A DNA stretch of 64,000 nucleotides, from the NCBI GenBank assembly GCA_027618835.1, contig JAQCHZ010000004.1:40715-104714 (forward strand), written 5' to 3'. The notes beneath the pieces are model-generated. The model was given only the letters and a program-made list of their open reading frames with translations. It searched no databases and was not told the origin of the DNA. Position numbers and translations under genes: made by a program. Positions 19,849 to 29,715 of the stretch are shown here, piece after piece. The number at the start of each line of letters is the position of its first letter. Position 1 is the stretch's first letter. This stretch comes from Chloroflexota bacterium. Its GTDB lineage: Bacteria > Chloroflexota > Dehalococcoidia > Lucifugimonadales > Lucifugimonadaceae.

Positions 19849-20988
19849 ATGACTGGTCGTGTTTGGCCCGAGGTGTATAAGAAACTCGGCATTGCTCCAA
19901 TCATCAACGCTCAGAGCTGGGTGACCGCTCTCGGCGGATCGATCATGCGTCCTGAAGTGTTGCAGGCTATGGATGATGCGGCTAGCTCGTTTGTCGACGT
20001 GAAAAAGCTAAACCTCGCCGCCGGAGAAATCGTTGCTCGATCATGCGGTGCTGAACGGGGATTGGTTACTGCAGGATGCTCGGCAGCCCAGGTTTTGATG
20101 GTCGCTGCTTGCATGACTGGTAAGAGCGAACAGAACGCTGAACAACTGCCCGATACGACGGGCATGAAGAACGAGGTCATATTGTTCAAAGGCCACCGTA
20201 ATCGCTACGACAAGGCGTTCGTAACCGCTGGAGCGACGTTGGTTGAATATGGCTCTGCGGACTCGGCAACAACAGTCGATCTTGAAGAAGCTATTAACGA
20301 GAACACCGCATGCATTGCGTATGTTGTCGCACCTTTCCTGCCGCAAGGTATTGGACTTGAAGAGACGATTCGGATAGCACACGAACATGGTGTACCGGTG
20401 ATCGTCGATGCAGCTGCCGAAGTACCACCTCGTTCAAATCTCTCGAAATTCCACAAGATGGGTGCCGACATGGTCGCGTTTAGCGGTGGCAAGGGAATTG
20501 GCGGGCCTCAGTCTTCCGGCGTGCTCGCCGGTAAGGCAGATCTCATGGAAGCTGTCGTGATGAATTCGCTGAATCTCGATTCATCTGTTGCCGCTATCGG
20601 CCGACCTATGAAGGTTTCTAAAGAAAACATTATTGGTCTAGTAACTGCTTTGCAGCTGTTCACCGATTCAGACGAAGGCGCTGAATGGGACGGCTGGCAA
20701 TCGAAAGCCGAATTCGTTTCTGAACGTCTAGTCGGTATACCTGGATTGCGAATTGAGATCGAAGACGATCCAGCGAAACGGCAAGGGCCACAACCCGTGC
20801 TCTACTTCGATGACGACTTCTCTGGGCCGTCAGTCGATGAGATTAAGGCGCTGCTCGAAGCTGGCGATCCCGGCATATTCGTCGGTGGTGGTGGCAGTAA
20901 GCAAGAGATCAGCATCGTCATGGTCAATGTTCAAGACGGCGAAGAGAAGATCATCACCGATCGTTTGAACGAGATCCTTCGCGGCTAA
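19849..20988 (+). CDS. SelA-like / DgaE-family PLP-dependent enzyme
   Basis: IINA...TALGGS, VIVDAAAE, FSGGKGIGGPQSSG and IGRPMKVSKE motifs. Confidence 0.85.
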   Translation: MTGRVWPEVYKKLGIAPIINAQSWVTALGGSIMRPEVLQAMDDAASSFVDVKKLNLAAGEIVARSCGAERGLVTAGCSAAQVLMVAACMTGKSEQNAEQLPDTTGMKNEVILFKGHRNRYDKAFVTAGATLVEYGSADSATTVDLEEAINENTACIAYVVAPFLPQGIGLEETIRIAHEHGVPVIVDAAAEVPPRSNLSKFHKMGADMVAFSGGKGIGGPQSSGVLAGKADLMEAVVMNSLNLDSSVAAIGRPMKVSKENIIGLVTALQLFTDSDEGAEWDGWQSKAEFVSERLVGIPGLRIEIEDDPAKRQGPQPVLYFDDDFSGPSVDEIKALLEAGDPGIFVGGGGSKQEISIVMVNVQDGEEKIITDRLNEILRG

Positions 20989-21417
20989 GCGAACCTCGAA
21001 CTTCTGATGGTCGCTTGTACTTACCCCACTCGAACTTTTCACATGGGGGCATACCTGTAGAGCCATCGTTTTTTGTTCAACCAGTTATTTACGCGTCGTT
21101 GCTCGCGCTTTCAGTGATGATGAGCCTGTCTCCATCGTCAGTTCTTGATTGAAATGCCAGACATGCACTGAGTATGGACACAGGTGCCCATTACGTACTT
21201 CGTCTTTACGGGTGTCTGATAGGTGTTGCTAATTACCGCGTTTACCGGATACCAGTAGGTAGTTTCCACGATGTTGGCATGGTTGTGTAACGACATAGTG
21301 GAACTTATCCGCCCGGCCAACGCTCAAATAAAAACGAGTGGGCGATCTATAAATAACAACGAGGGGGTTCTCATTGTATTCGCATAGGTCGAGTGGTAAT
21401 AGTAAGGGGTAGCTAAT

Positions 21418-22128
21418 ATGATCCTGAAAGGATCCCGTAGCCAAAAAGGCATCACGGGTTTTGAAACAGCGATCGTTCTAATTGCTTTCGTGGTTGTGGC
21501 TTCGGTGTTCGCATTCACGATTCTTTCCGCTGGCGTCTTCTCTTCGGAAGCCAACAAGCAGACGATCCACGCTGGCCTGAAAGAAACCAGGACTCGCTTG
21601 CGCCAAGCTGGTTCAGCCTTTGCGTTTTCCCGGTACTTTGGAAGCACTCAGGCGTTACATAAAATCGTCTTTATCGCGCAAAATTCGGTCGCTGGTGAAG
21701 CCGTCGATCTGACACCGCCGTATAGTGCCGATGATTCTGGGACCGATCCCGACATCGTCATTGGAGCAGATGCAGCTTCAATCGTGTCCTACGCTGATGA
21801 AAATCAACGTCTTAGTGACGTGCCGTGGTCTGCCGTGTTTATCGGCAGTAATAACGGTGATCTGTTGCTAGAAGACGGCGAAAAAGCAGAAGTCACAGTC
21901 TGGTTGATGGATCGCATCACTGGCATATCAGCTGATTCTCTCAACTCGATAGCGTACATGGACGGAAGTTCAGCCAATGGTGGTGGAGTAGCGGGGCTAA
22001 CAGCTTCAGACGCACTTGTGGTCAAAAGTACAAGATTCGTGATTGAGATGACACCACAGGTTGGATCACATCTAACAATTCAACGTTCAGTCCCTCCCGG
22101 ACTAAGTGCGGTGATGAACCTGAACTGA
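21418..22128 (+). CDS. Archaellin (archaeal-flagellin-like protein)
   Basis: Class III signal QKG|ITGFETAIVLIAFVVVASVFAFTILSAG; also DLLLEDGEKAEVTV and C-terminal LTIQRSVP...VMNLN. Confidence 0.88.
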   Translation: MILKGSRSQKGITGFETAIVLIAFVVVASVFAFTILSAGVFSSEANKQTIHAGLKETRTRLRQAGSAFAFSRYFGSTQALHKIVFIAQNSVAGEAVDLTPPYSADDSGTDPDIVIGADAASIVSYADENQRLSDVPWSAVFIGSNNGDLLLEDGEKAEVTVWLMDRITGISADSLNSIAYMDGSSANGGGVAGLTASDALVVKSTRFVIEMTPQVGSHLTIQRSVPPGLSAVMNLN

Positions 22129-22160
22129 CGAAGTTCATTTCTCATCAGCGTGTATATGCA

Positions 22161-22294
22161 GTGCCCTTGTTCGTCCTGGCCGGACAACATGGGGTGCGAT
22201 GGCCATTGGCCCGCCCCGGGAGCTTAAACGCTATAAACCCCTCAGTATTTTCGCTGACGGGGCGGTCCGAAGTCCTTCCAAACAAAAAGGGCAT
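22161..22294. ncRNA. Candidate structured RNA (possibly 6S-like)
   Basis: Nested pairings: gtgccctt(22161)/aagggcat(22287-22294), tgg-ggac/gtcc-cca, ccgccccg(22211-22218)/cggggcgg(22258-22265), tcag/ctga. Ends in a terminator. Confidence 0.35.
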
Positions 22295-22324
22295 TCTCTC
22301 ACCCGGCGAGAGGATGCCCTTTTT
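22284..22324. terminator. Bidirectional intrinsic terminator
   Basis: aaaaagggcattctctc-acccggc-gagaggatgcccttttt between convergent genes. Confidence 0.8.
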
Positions 22325-22364
22325 GTGTTTAATCCAGATATCTATTCGCCCAGAAAACAGGTTT

Positions 22365-23132
22365 CTAGTGCGATTGAACAGGAAGGTCTTTCAGCAGACC
22401 CGCTTCGTTCATCGAGTTCCACTGGTCCAAGAACGTATTGTTCCATTCGTCGGTCAAGTGATTCTTCATCATGTCTCGGAACACAGGCCAGAATACGATG
22501 ATTCCGTCGACACCATCACGAAGAGCTGCATCTGCGGTCTCGATTGAACGCACAAGTGCAGCTGTGATGAACGGCCTATCCGCCCAGCCATCGAACATCT
22601 CACGGCAGTCACGAATTAATTTTGTTGGGTCGCCACCAACATCATTGAAAGGCTCGCAGAATGGCAGCACGTGGGTCACACCCGCCTGAGCAACTGCAGC
22701 CGCCTGATTCAACGTAAAAACCGTTGTGCAGAAAGTCGGAACACCGGCCTTCTTAAGTTCTGAAAACGCACCAAGTGCGTAGGTTGTAGCTGGGATTTTT
22801 AGAATGATCTGATCGGACATTTTGGTGAACACTTCACCAACGTCGAGCAGCTCTTGAGTCGAGTGCCCATCGATTTCGATCACAACTGGCTTATCTGTGA
22901 TGTCGAGGTATCTTTGGGTTACTTCCGTGATTTGTCCGTACTTCTTCACCATGTCGTTCAGCACGACTGTGTTTGTAACGATTCCAGCGGCTCCGGCATT
23001 GAGCCATTCAGGAAGATCTTCAGGGTCGCCAGCAAGCCATATCGCCGGACCTGTACCGGTCATCCGAGCGTTTTCTGCCGATCCGAATAGCGGTTCGGTT
23101 GGCTTTGGTGATAGTCCATTTTTAGTTGCCAC
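22365..23132 (-). CDS. Transaldolase / fructose-6-phosphate aldolase family protein
   Basis: GIVTNT, PVVIEI, IILKIPAT (Schiff-base Lys) and TTVFTLNQAAAVAQAG motifs. Confidence 0.85.
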   Translation of the reverse strand: MATKNGLSPKPTEPLFGSAENARMTGTGPAIWLAGDPEDLPEWLNAGAAGIVTNTVVLNDMVKKYGQITEVTQRYLDITDKPVVIEIDGHSTQELLDVGEVFTKMSDQIILKIPATTYALGAFSELKKAGVPTFCTTVFTLNQAAAVAQAGVTHVLPFCEPFNDVGGDPTKLIRDCREMFDGWADRPFITAALVRSIETADAALRDGVDGIIVFWPVFRDMMKNHLTDEWNNTFLDQWNSMNEAGLLKDLPVQSH

Positions 23133-23315
23133 TGGTTTACTCCGTACTTGCTCGACCGAATCCTGATGTTCGTTGGGTCGGTCGAATTGCGCACCCGTTT
23201 GTCAGATTGCGGAAGTGTACCGCATAGTAGCGTTGGACTCGCTTCCGGGAATGGGTACGATGCCACCTACGTGAGTTTGAGTCGCTACTTGAACCTGAGG
23301 ATCTGGGCTGGTTAT

Positions 23316-24430
23316 ATGAAGAATCTGATAAACGTCTTTCTAATCGCACTTAGACTCGGTGTGACCTCGTTCGGAGGTCCCGTCGCCCACATCGGATATT
23401 TTCGCCAAGAGTACGTCGAGAAACGCGGCTGGCTCGACGATAAATCATTCACAGATTTCGTGGCGTTGTGATAGATGCTGCCAGATCCCGCCAGTAGTCA
23501 GCTGGGAATTGCGATCGGGACGCTGCGAGCGGGTCGACTCGGCGGCGTTATGGCTTGGGCCGGATTCACACTGCCGTCCGCCCTAATTCTGATCGCTTTC
23601 GCCTACGGGTTTTCGAGGTCGAAGACGTAGCCAATTCAGAGTGGTTGCACGGCCTGAAACTCGCCGTGGTTGCCGTAGTAGCGTTAGCAGTTTGGAGCAT
23701 GGCGGGATCGCTGTGGACAGATCGACGCCGAACGACGTTGGGCAAACTGGCGGCAGTGTTCATGCTGCTCATGCCGGGAGCCATGTGGCAGATCGCCGTG
23801 ATCGTCGTAGGCGGGCTGGCAGGATTTGCGCTGTTCAGAGGATCTAGCCCGTCTTCCGAAAGCCAAAGCAAGGCTTCTTCAAGAGGTCGAGAAGATATTA
23901 ATGTTTTTGAAAACTTCTTCGATCTGGATCACCCGTGTTCGGCGGCGGACACGTTGTACTCCCTCTGCTCCAATCTGAAGCGGTCGATGCAGGCTACATA
24001 GGCAACGACCAGTTTGTAGCCGGATACGGCGCTACTCAAGCAGTGCCCGGTCCGTTGTTCACATTCTCGTCGTATCTTGGCGCATCGATGAACGAGGGCA
24101 AGATATTTGGTGAGAAGTGGGTTTCAGGATTGGTTGCGCTAGCCGCTATATTTTTACCGTCGTTCTTGCCTGTTTGGGGAGTGCTACCGTTCTGGACCCG
24201 ACTGGCTGGTAGTCATCGTGTGAGAGGCGTGGTTGTTGGAATAAACGCCGCAGTTGGTCGGATTGCTGCTAGCGGCTTTCTACAACCCGATCTGGACGGG
24301 TAGGGTGGTCACGCCCGAGAACTTCGGGCTGTTGATGGTGCTGTTCGGTTTACTCGCAATATGGAAACTACCACCGTGGTCGGTGGTCATCATCGCGGCG
24401 ATAGGCGGATACGCTCTAGAGGCGATCTAA
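23316..24430 (+). pseudogene. chrA: Chromate efflux transporter ChrA, degraded
   Basis: LGVTSFGGPVAHIGYF, then adjacent stops TGA-TAG (23469-23474) where CQ is expected before MLPDPASSQ. FGGGHVVLPLLQ and QAVPGPLFTFS lie in another frame; several frameshifts. Confidence 0.9.
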
Positions 24431-24452
24431 ACGAAACGTGTCGCTGGGTTTT

Positions 24453-27362
24453 TTAGTCGAAAAGTGCTTCTGCGAGAATTTCGACTACGTGGCGTGATTC
24501 CCGCGGTGTATTGAATCCGATCTGCTCACGGCACGAAATACCGTTCGTGGCGATCTCGGCGTTAGCGTTTGCTTCTCGAATCGCTGGGAATAGTCGATCC
24601 TCTCCCATGGCTATCGAGACCTCCATGTGGTTTTTCTCGTATCCGAACGAGCCTGCCATTCCACAGCAACCAGCTGAAATCTCGGTCGCCTCGAAACCAG
24701 GTGGCATGTTCAACGCTGCGACCGAACTTGAGGTGCCAGTGAGCGCACGCTGGTGGCAATGACCGAAGAATTTCACTTCTTTCTTGGCATCTGACCACTT
24801 GATCTGCTGACGATCGTCGCCTGAAGTCTCAACCACGAGTTCCTCGATCGTAACTACCGAAGCAGCGACCTCTTTCGCTTTGACGTCGCCGCCAAGCAGG
24901 TCGGGCCAATCGTCAGTGATCGCTGATATGCAACTTGCCTCGCAGCCGACGATTTTCACGCCTTCAGCCACGTATGGGTGAAGTAGATCGACGTTGTGGC
25001 GAGCGTTTTCGCCAGCTTGATCGAGCATTCCCTTAGAAATCATCGGTCGACCGCAACACTTACGATCTTTGAGTACCACGACTTCGTATCCGAGTGCTTC
25101 GAGAACCCGAGTTGCGGAAATTCCGATAGTCGGGTGATTGAAGTTCATAAACGTGTCGTGGAAAAGAACTATCTTCCCGCGTGGGCTTGGCGCTTGAGAA
25201 TTTCGGCCAGCGAACCACTTTTGGAACGTGTTTCGCACAACCTTCGGCATAGGTCGGTTTCGGTCGAAACCGACTGCCTTTTCGAGAAGGAATTTGACCG
25301 GCGCCGAGCGATTAATGGCGTTGGTTATCGGCGCCAAGGGAGCCGATAACGAGTTCATCTTGTGAATATCGGCGACAAGCTTGGTGCGCAGGGGAGCCCT
25401 GTTCGTCTTGTAATACTGATAGAGATATTCGTACTTGATCTTCGCCATGTCGACATTCGACGGGCACTCGGATTTGCAAGACTTACACCCAACGCATAGA
25501 TCGAGAACTTCCATAAGGTCTTTTGAAGCGAAATTATCAGTCGGGAGTGCGCCTGTCAGAGCGGCTCGCAGTGAGTTGGCACGACCGCGAGTTGTGTGCT
25601 TTTCTTCCCGAGTAGCCATGTAGGAAGGGCACATGGCGCCGGCGTTCACCTTGCGGCAGGCGCCAACGCCATTGCATTTCTCTACCGCCGCTATGAAGCC
25701 GCCCTCGGTCGACCAGTCAAGCCGCACTGGTGGAGCGACAGGTTTGTACGTGTCGCCGTAACGCAGATTGTCGGTTAGAGCGGGAGTATCGAAGATCTTG
25801 TTGGGATTCATCACCCGTTTAGGGTCGAATGCCTTCTTCACGTCACGGAAGTGCTGAACTAACTCAGTTCCGAACATCTTGTCAGCAAAAGCACCACGTA
25901 CGATACCGTCGCCGTGTTCACCACTGAGCGATCCACCGAATTCGAGCACCAGATCGGAAACCTCGTCGGCGATACGAGCCATTTGTTCCATGCCTTCTTT
26001 GTTCTTGAGATTCACGACTGGGCGAACATGAAGGCAGCCGACAGAAGCGTGACCGTAATAGCCCGCCTGAGTACCGTTTGAACGAACGATTTCGTCGAAG
26101 CGTTTTACATACTCGGGCAACTTCTCGGGGGAGACCGCAGTGTCTTCTACAAATGGAAGAGGCTTGGCATCGCCAGGAATATTCATCATCAGTCCGAGAC
26201 CCGCCTGACGCATCGCCCAAACCTGACCCTGCTGGGCAGCGGTCATGAGTCGAGTGGTGGCGTAAGGTCGTCCGCCAGTCTTCATGCGCTCGTCGAGTTT
26301 ATCGAGTTTCGATTTGACTTCAGCTTCCGAATCGCCGGTCATCTCCACCACAAGAATGTCGGTCGGGTCGCCTTCGAGGAAAGTGAGATTTCGTGCGAAT
26401 CCGAGCGATTTTCGCGCCTGAGAAATAATCATCTCGCCCATGTGCTCTACAGCAGCTGGGTTTTGCTCTAGCGTCGCAATGGTAGCTTCCATCGCTGATG
26501 AGATATCGGTGAAGTGAAGAACTGAGAGGCCTTTGAACTTTGGAATCGGTTCAAGATTCAGTTTCGCCTCGGTCACGGCAACGAGTGTGCCTTCGGAACC
26601 GACCGTGAGCTTCGCCAGGTTCAAAGCTTCATTGTTCTGGATCAGATCGAGATTGTAGCCGCCGACACGTCGAAGAATCTTCGGGAATCGGGCTTCAACT
26701 GCCGCCGCCGCGTTGGTGGCGATCGTACTGAGCTGTCGGTAGATTTCGCCTTCGAGTGAGCCCGACTTCAACTTGGCGTCGAGCACGCCCGAAGAAAGCT
26801 GTTCGAGCACAGCCTTAGTGCCATCGGATAGCACAACGTTCTGGGCGATAACTTGGTCAACAGTCTTGCCGTAGACGATCGAGTGAGCGCCGCAAGAGTT
26901 ATTACCCATGGCTCCACCGATGTTGGCTCGGGAAGACGTGCTTGGGTCGGACGTGAAGAAGAGCCCTGATGATTTCAGTTGACGGTTGAGATCATCGATA
27001 GTGACACCAGGTTGTGTTCGAACCCACTGTTCTTCTTTGTTGATTTCCTGCACATGGAACATGTACTTCGAAAAATCGAGTACTACGCTGTGATTGACCG
27101 TTTGTCCCGAAAGGCCCGTTCCGCCGCCCCTAGGGAGTACCGAAACACCGTTCTTGCCTGCGATTTCGAGCACCGCCTGCACATCGTCAGCATCCCTCGG
27201 GAGTACGACGCCGATAGGCTCCATTCGATAAATCGATGCATCGGTCGAGTACATTTGTTTCGACAGGTCGTCGAAACGAACCTCGCCAGAAACCGCAGAC
27301 TTCAGATCAGCTTCGAGATCGCGAGTGGCCGTGTTTGGCTTGCGGTTCTGAGTTGCAACCAC
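24453..27362 (-). CDS. FAD-binding + Fe-S/CCG oxidoreductase (YdiJ/GlcDF-like 2-hydroxyacid dehydrogenase)
   Basis: YSTDASIY, PRGGGTGLSGQ, GHASVGCLHVRP, SGEHGDG, two ferredoxin motifs and CCG motifs. Confidence 0.9.
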   Translation of the reverse strand: MVATQNRKPNTATRDLEADLKSAVSGEVRFDDLSKQMYSTDASIYRMEPIGVVLPRDADDVQAVLEIAGKNGVSVLPRGGGTGLSGQTVNHSVVLDFSKYMFHVQEINKEEQWVRTQPGVTIDDLNRQLKSSGLFFTSDPSTSSRANIGGAMGNNSCGAHSIVYGKTVDQVIAQNVVLSDGTKAVLEQLSSGVLDAKLKSGSLEGEIYRQLSTIATNAAAAVEARFPKILRRVGGYNLDLIQNNEALNLAKLTVGSEGTLVAVTEAKLNLEPIPKFKGLSVLHFTDISSAMEATIATLEQNPAAVEHMGEMIISQARKSLGFARNLTFLEGDPTDILVVEMTGDSEAEVKSKLDKLDERMKTGGRPYATTRLMTAAQQGQVWAMRQAGLGLMMNIPGDAKPLPFVEDTAVSPEKLPEYVKRFDEIVRSNGTQAGYYGHASVGCLHVRPVVNLKNKEGMEQMARIADEVSDLVLEFGGSLSGEHGDGIVRGAFADKMFGTELVQHFRDVKKAFDPKRVMNPNKIFDTPALTDNLRYGDTYKPVAPPVRLDWSTEGGFIAAVEKCNGVGACRKVNAGAMCPSYMATREEKHTTRGRANSLRAALTGALPTDNFASKDLMEVLDLCVGCKSCKSECPSNVDMAKIKYEYLYQYYKTNRAPLRTKLVADIHKMNSLSAPLAPITNAINRSAPVKFLLEKAVGFDRNRPMPKVVRNTFQKWFAGRNSQAPSPRGKIVLFHDTFMNFNHPTIGISATRVLEALGYEVVVLKDRKCCGRPMISKGMLDQAGENARHNVDLLHPYVAEGVKIVGCEASCISAITDDWPDLLGGDVKAKEVAASVVTIEELVVETSGDDRQQIKWSDAKKEVKFFGHCHQRALTGTSSSVAALNMPPGFEATEISAGCCGMAGSFGYEKNHMEVSIAMGEDRLFPAIREANANAEIATNGISCREQIGFNTPRESRHVVEILAEALFD

Positions 27363-28351
27363 TACGCGTCGTCAGAACCGGAGCCACCAACCGCGGCGTG
27401 AGCCCTTTCTTCTTCTTCGTTGTTGGGAAGGACCAGCGAGAGGAGAACGCTACCAGCAAGAATTCCGACAATGATTCCGAGCGAGAGGTAGATGTCGCCA
27501 ATTTCGCCGAATACGTGGAAATCGTGGAGCGCCTCTTCAACAATCATCTTCAGACCAACGAATCCTAAGATGGCTGCGAGTCCGTACTGAAGGAATCGGA
27601 ATAGTTTGACCATCCCAACGAGCAGGAAGAACAGAGGACGCATGCCCAGAACTGCCATCGCATTCGATGTCCACACGATGAAAGGATCATCGGTGATACC
27701 GAATACCGTTGGAATCGAATCGATCGCAAATACAATGTCAGTGGTTCCAAGCACCAGAACTACGAGTAGGAACGGAGTAACCGCTCGAACGCCGTTTATC
27801 TTCGTGAAGAATTTAGTCCCATCGTATTCAGTGCTTACCGGCATGAATTTGCGGAACAACCTTACGGTGATGTTCTTGCTCGGGTCTACTTCCTGCTCGC
27901 CAGCGAAAGCCAACTTGTAGGCGGTGTAGATGAGGAATGCACCGAGAATAAACAGGAACCAAGAGAACGCAGTAATGACCGCAACGCCGATTCCGATAAA
28001 CACGGCTCGAGCGAGTAGCGCTCCGATGATTCCCCATAGAAGACCTTTAGCCTGAAAGTTCTTCGGTAGGTTGAAATAACCAAATATGACGATAAATACG
28101 AACAGGTTATCGATACTAAGCGCACGTTCAGCCACGTACCCAGTGACGTATTCGAGTCCCTGCTGGCTGTTGCCTGCCGTATACACCCAGACTCCGACGA
28201 CACCTGCCACGAGAGTCCAGAATAGAGTTAGCCACGCAGCTTCCTTCATTCCTACTTCATGGCTTCTCCGACTGAGAACCAGAAAGTCTAAAACGAGGAG
28301 TAGTACTAGAGCAACGTTGAAAATCAGCCAGTGGTTAAAGGTCTCGAGCAA
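27362..28351 (-). CDS. TerC/Alx family membrane protein
   Basis: ERALSIDNLFVF, LLWGIIGALLAR and DIVFAIDSIP motifs. Confidence 0.92.
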   Translation of the reverse strand: MLETFNHWLIFNVALVLLLVLDFLVLSRRSHEVGMKEAAWLTLFWTLVAGVVGVWVYTAGNSQQGLEYVTGYVAERALSIDNLFVFIVIFGYFNLPKNFQAKGLLWGIIGALLARAVFIGIGVAVITAFSWFLFILGAFLIYTAYKLAFAGEQEVDPSKNITVRLFRKFMPVSTEYDGTKFFTKINGVRAVTPFLLVVLVLGTTDIVFAIDSIPTVFGITDDPFIVWTSNAMAVLGMRPLFFLLVGMVKLFRFLQYGLAAILGFVGLKMIVEEALHDFHVFGEIGDIYLSLGIIVGILAGSVLLSLVLPNNEEEERAHAAVGGSGSDDA

Positions 28352-28485
28352 CAGAGATACGTCTTTCTAGGCCTTGGGCGCAAGGATGAACATAGAGAGC
28401 GCGGGTAAGGCGACTACATTAGCACACAGGAACACGAGTCGGTGAGCTTATGTTGATTAAGAAATCGCCTGATGCGATTCCCCGT

Positions 28486-29328
28486 TTACGAAATGTTGCT
28501 GATCTTGTAAACCTGCTGACCGCGAGGGGTTTTTACTTTCACCTCTGCGCCCAGCTTATGACCAAGAATGGCTGAACCGACTGGTGAGACGATCGAAATC
28601 TTGCTTGCAAGTGGGTTCGCTTCGTTCGGCTCGACAAGCTGGTACTTCACCGTCTTGTTCGATGTGGTCTCGGTGAGTTCGACTTTGGAACCGATATGAA
28701 CACGGCCGCTGTCTTGAGACTTCGCATCGATGATGACAGCCACTTTCAGGGTGGCTTCTAACTCTCGGATTTTACCCACAGTCATTCCCTGAGCTTCGCG
28801 GGCGGCTTCTAGAGGTGCATTTTCACGTGCGTCACCGTCGGCAGCAGCTCGCTGAATGTCTTCAACGATTCGAACTCGCTCTTGATTCAACGATCTGAGC
28901 TGCTTCGTCATTTCGTTGTAACCGCTTTGGGTCAGGCTGACACTTCGTGTCGAGTTGACCATCGAAACGGCTTTTGAAGCTGCTGTTCGTGACTTTCGAA
29001 GGCGAAGGTGCTGCGCAAGGTTGACCTCAATGTGATCCTTTTTCTTAAGGAAAGTGAGGAAAAGCTTCACTGCACTGAGTCGTTCAGTAGCGTCACGAGT
29101 TGCGGTCTTAGCACCGAAAATCTCGTTGTATTCACCGATTTCAGATGGGATGATCGTGTCGATCAAACGGGCCGGGCCAATCCAGCGGACAAATTTTGCG
29201 ATTTCAGGCTGTGCGGCCTTCTTCGTGTCTTTTGGCATCTGGCGGACATATGTCTGAAACGCTTCATTCAGCGATAAAATCGCTTGCTCTTCCTGTGTAG
29301 TTTCCGGTGCTTCAGACGTCGTTACCAT
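28486..29328 (-). CDS. greA: GreA with ~115-aa N-terminal helical domain
   Basis: LTQSGY, ADGDARENAPLEAAREAQ, VHIGSKV and ISIVSPVGSAILG motifs. Confidence 0.88.
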   Translation of the reverse strand: MVTTSEAPETTQEEQAILSLNEAFQTYVRQMPKDTKKAAQPEIAKFVRWIGPARLIDTIIPSEIGEYNEIFGAKTATRDATERLSAVKLFLTFLKKKDHIEVNLAQHLRLRKSRTAASKAVSMVNSTRSVSLTQSGYNEMTKQLRSLNQERVRIVEDIQRAAADGDARENAPLEAAREAQGMTVGKIRELEATLKVAVIIDAKSQDSGRVHIGSKVELTETTSNKTVKYQLVEPNEANPLASKISIVSPVGSAILGHKLGAEVKVKTPRGQQVYKISNIS

Positions 29329-29450
29329 GTTTTGCCTATTTCTGTGAGAGCAGGTTTAACCTGTTTCCCCACTGCTGGATTTCAGGAGAACAATCCTTTA
29401 ATAATAGTCCTCCAATATTTGAGACCGCAAATAATTCGTTGTAATTTCGT

Positions 29451-29480
29451 TTGACACCTCTAGGGTCTCGAACTTAAAAT
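29451..29480 (+). promoter_or_regulatory. Sigma70 promoter of the rpmH operon
   Basis: TTGACA, 18-nt spacer, TAAAAT. Confidence 0.6.
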
Positions 29481-29564
29481 CAATCTTTATCCACCTGTAA
29501 CAAATCGGCCAACATCGCGATTAGGATCACTGAAAAGAGATCCTGAAAGCTTCCCACCACTAAT

Positions 29565-29702
29565 ATGCCAAAGCGTACCTACCAACCAAAATCACGACGA
29601 CGCCAGCGAGTCCACGGATTCCGATCACGTATGAGCACTAAGGGCGGACGTGCTGTTCTTGCACGACGCCGAGGCAAGGGCAGGATGCGGCTCACCGTTT
29701 AG
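29565..29702 (+). CDS. rpmH: 50S ribosomal protein L34 (below ORF-track cutoff)
   Basis: Translates as [45 protein letters not shown]. Confidence 0.97.
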   Translation: MPKRTYQPKSRRRQRVHGFRSRMSTKGGRAVLARRRGKGRMRLTV

Positions 29703-29715
29703 TCAGCCAAGTCCT

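Noticed and set aside
19849-20988. True selenocysteine synthase selA
   Set aside because: It lacks the SelA N-terminal domain, fits the shorter DgaE-like family, and has no selB or selC nearby.
23469-23474. Stop-codon recoding (Sec/Pyl) in chrA and other broken genes
   Set aside because: All three stop types occur, alongside frameshifts, and each is one substitution from the expected sense codon. Decay explains this better.
28352-28485. yybP-ykoY Mn riboswitch upstream of the TerC gene
   Set aside because: Expected from context, but I could not find the conserved core; a cmsearch would settle it.
29340-29560. oriC next to rpmH (TTATCCACC near 29487)
   Set aside because: Only one near-consensus DnaA box, and the divergent gene is greA rather than dnaA.
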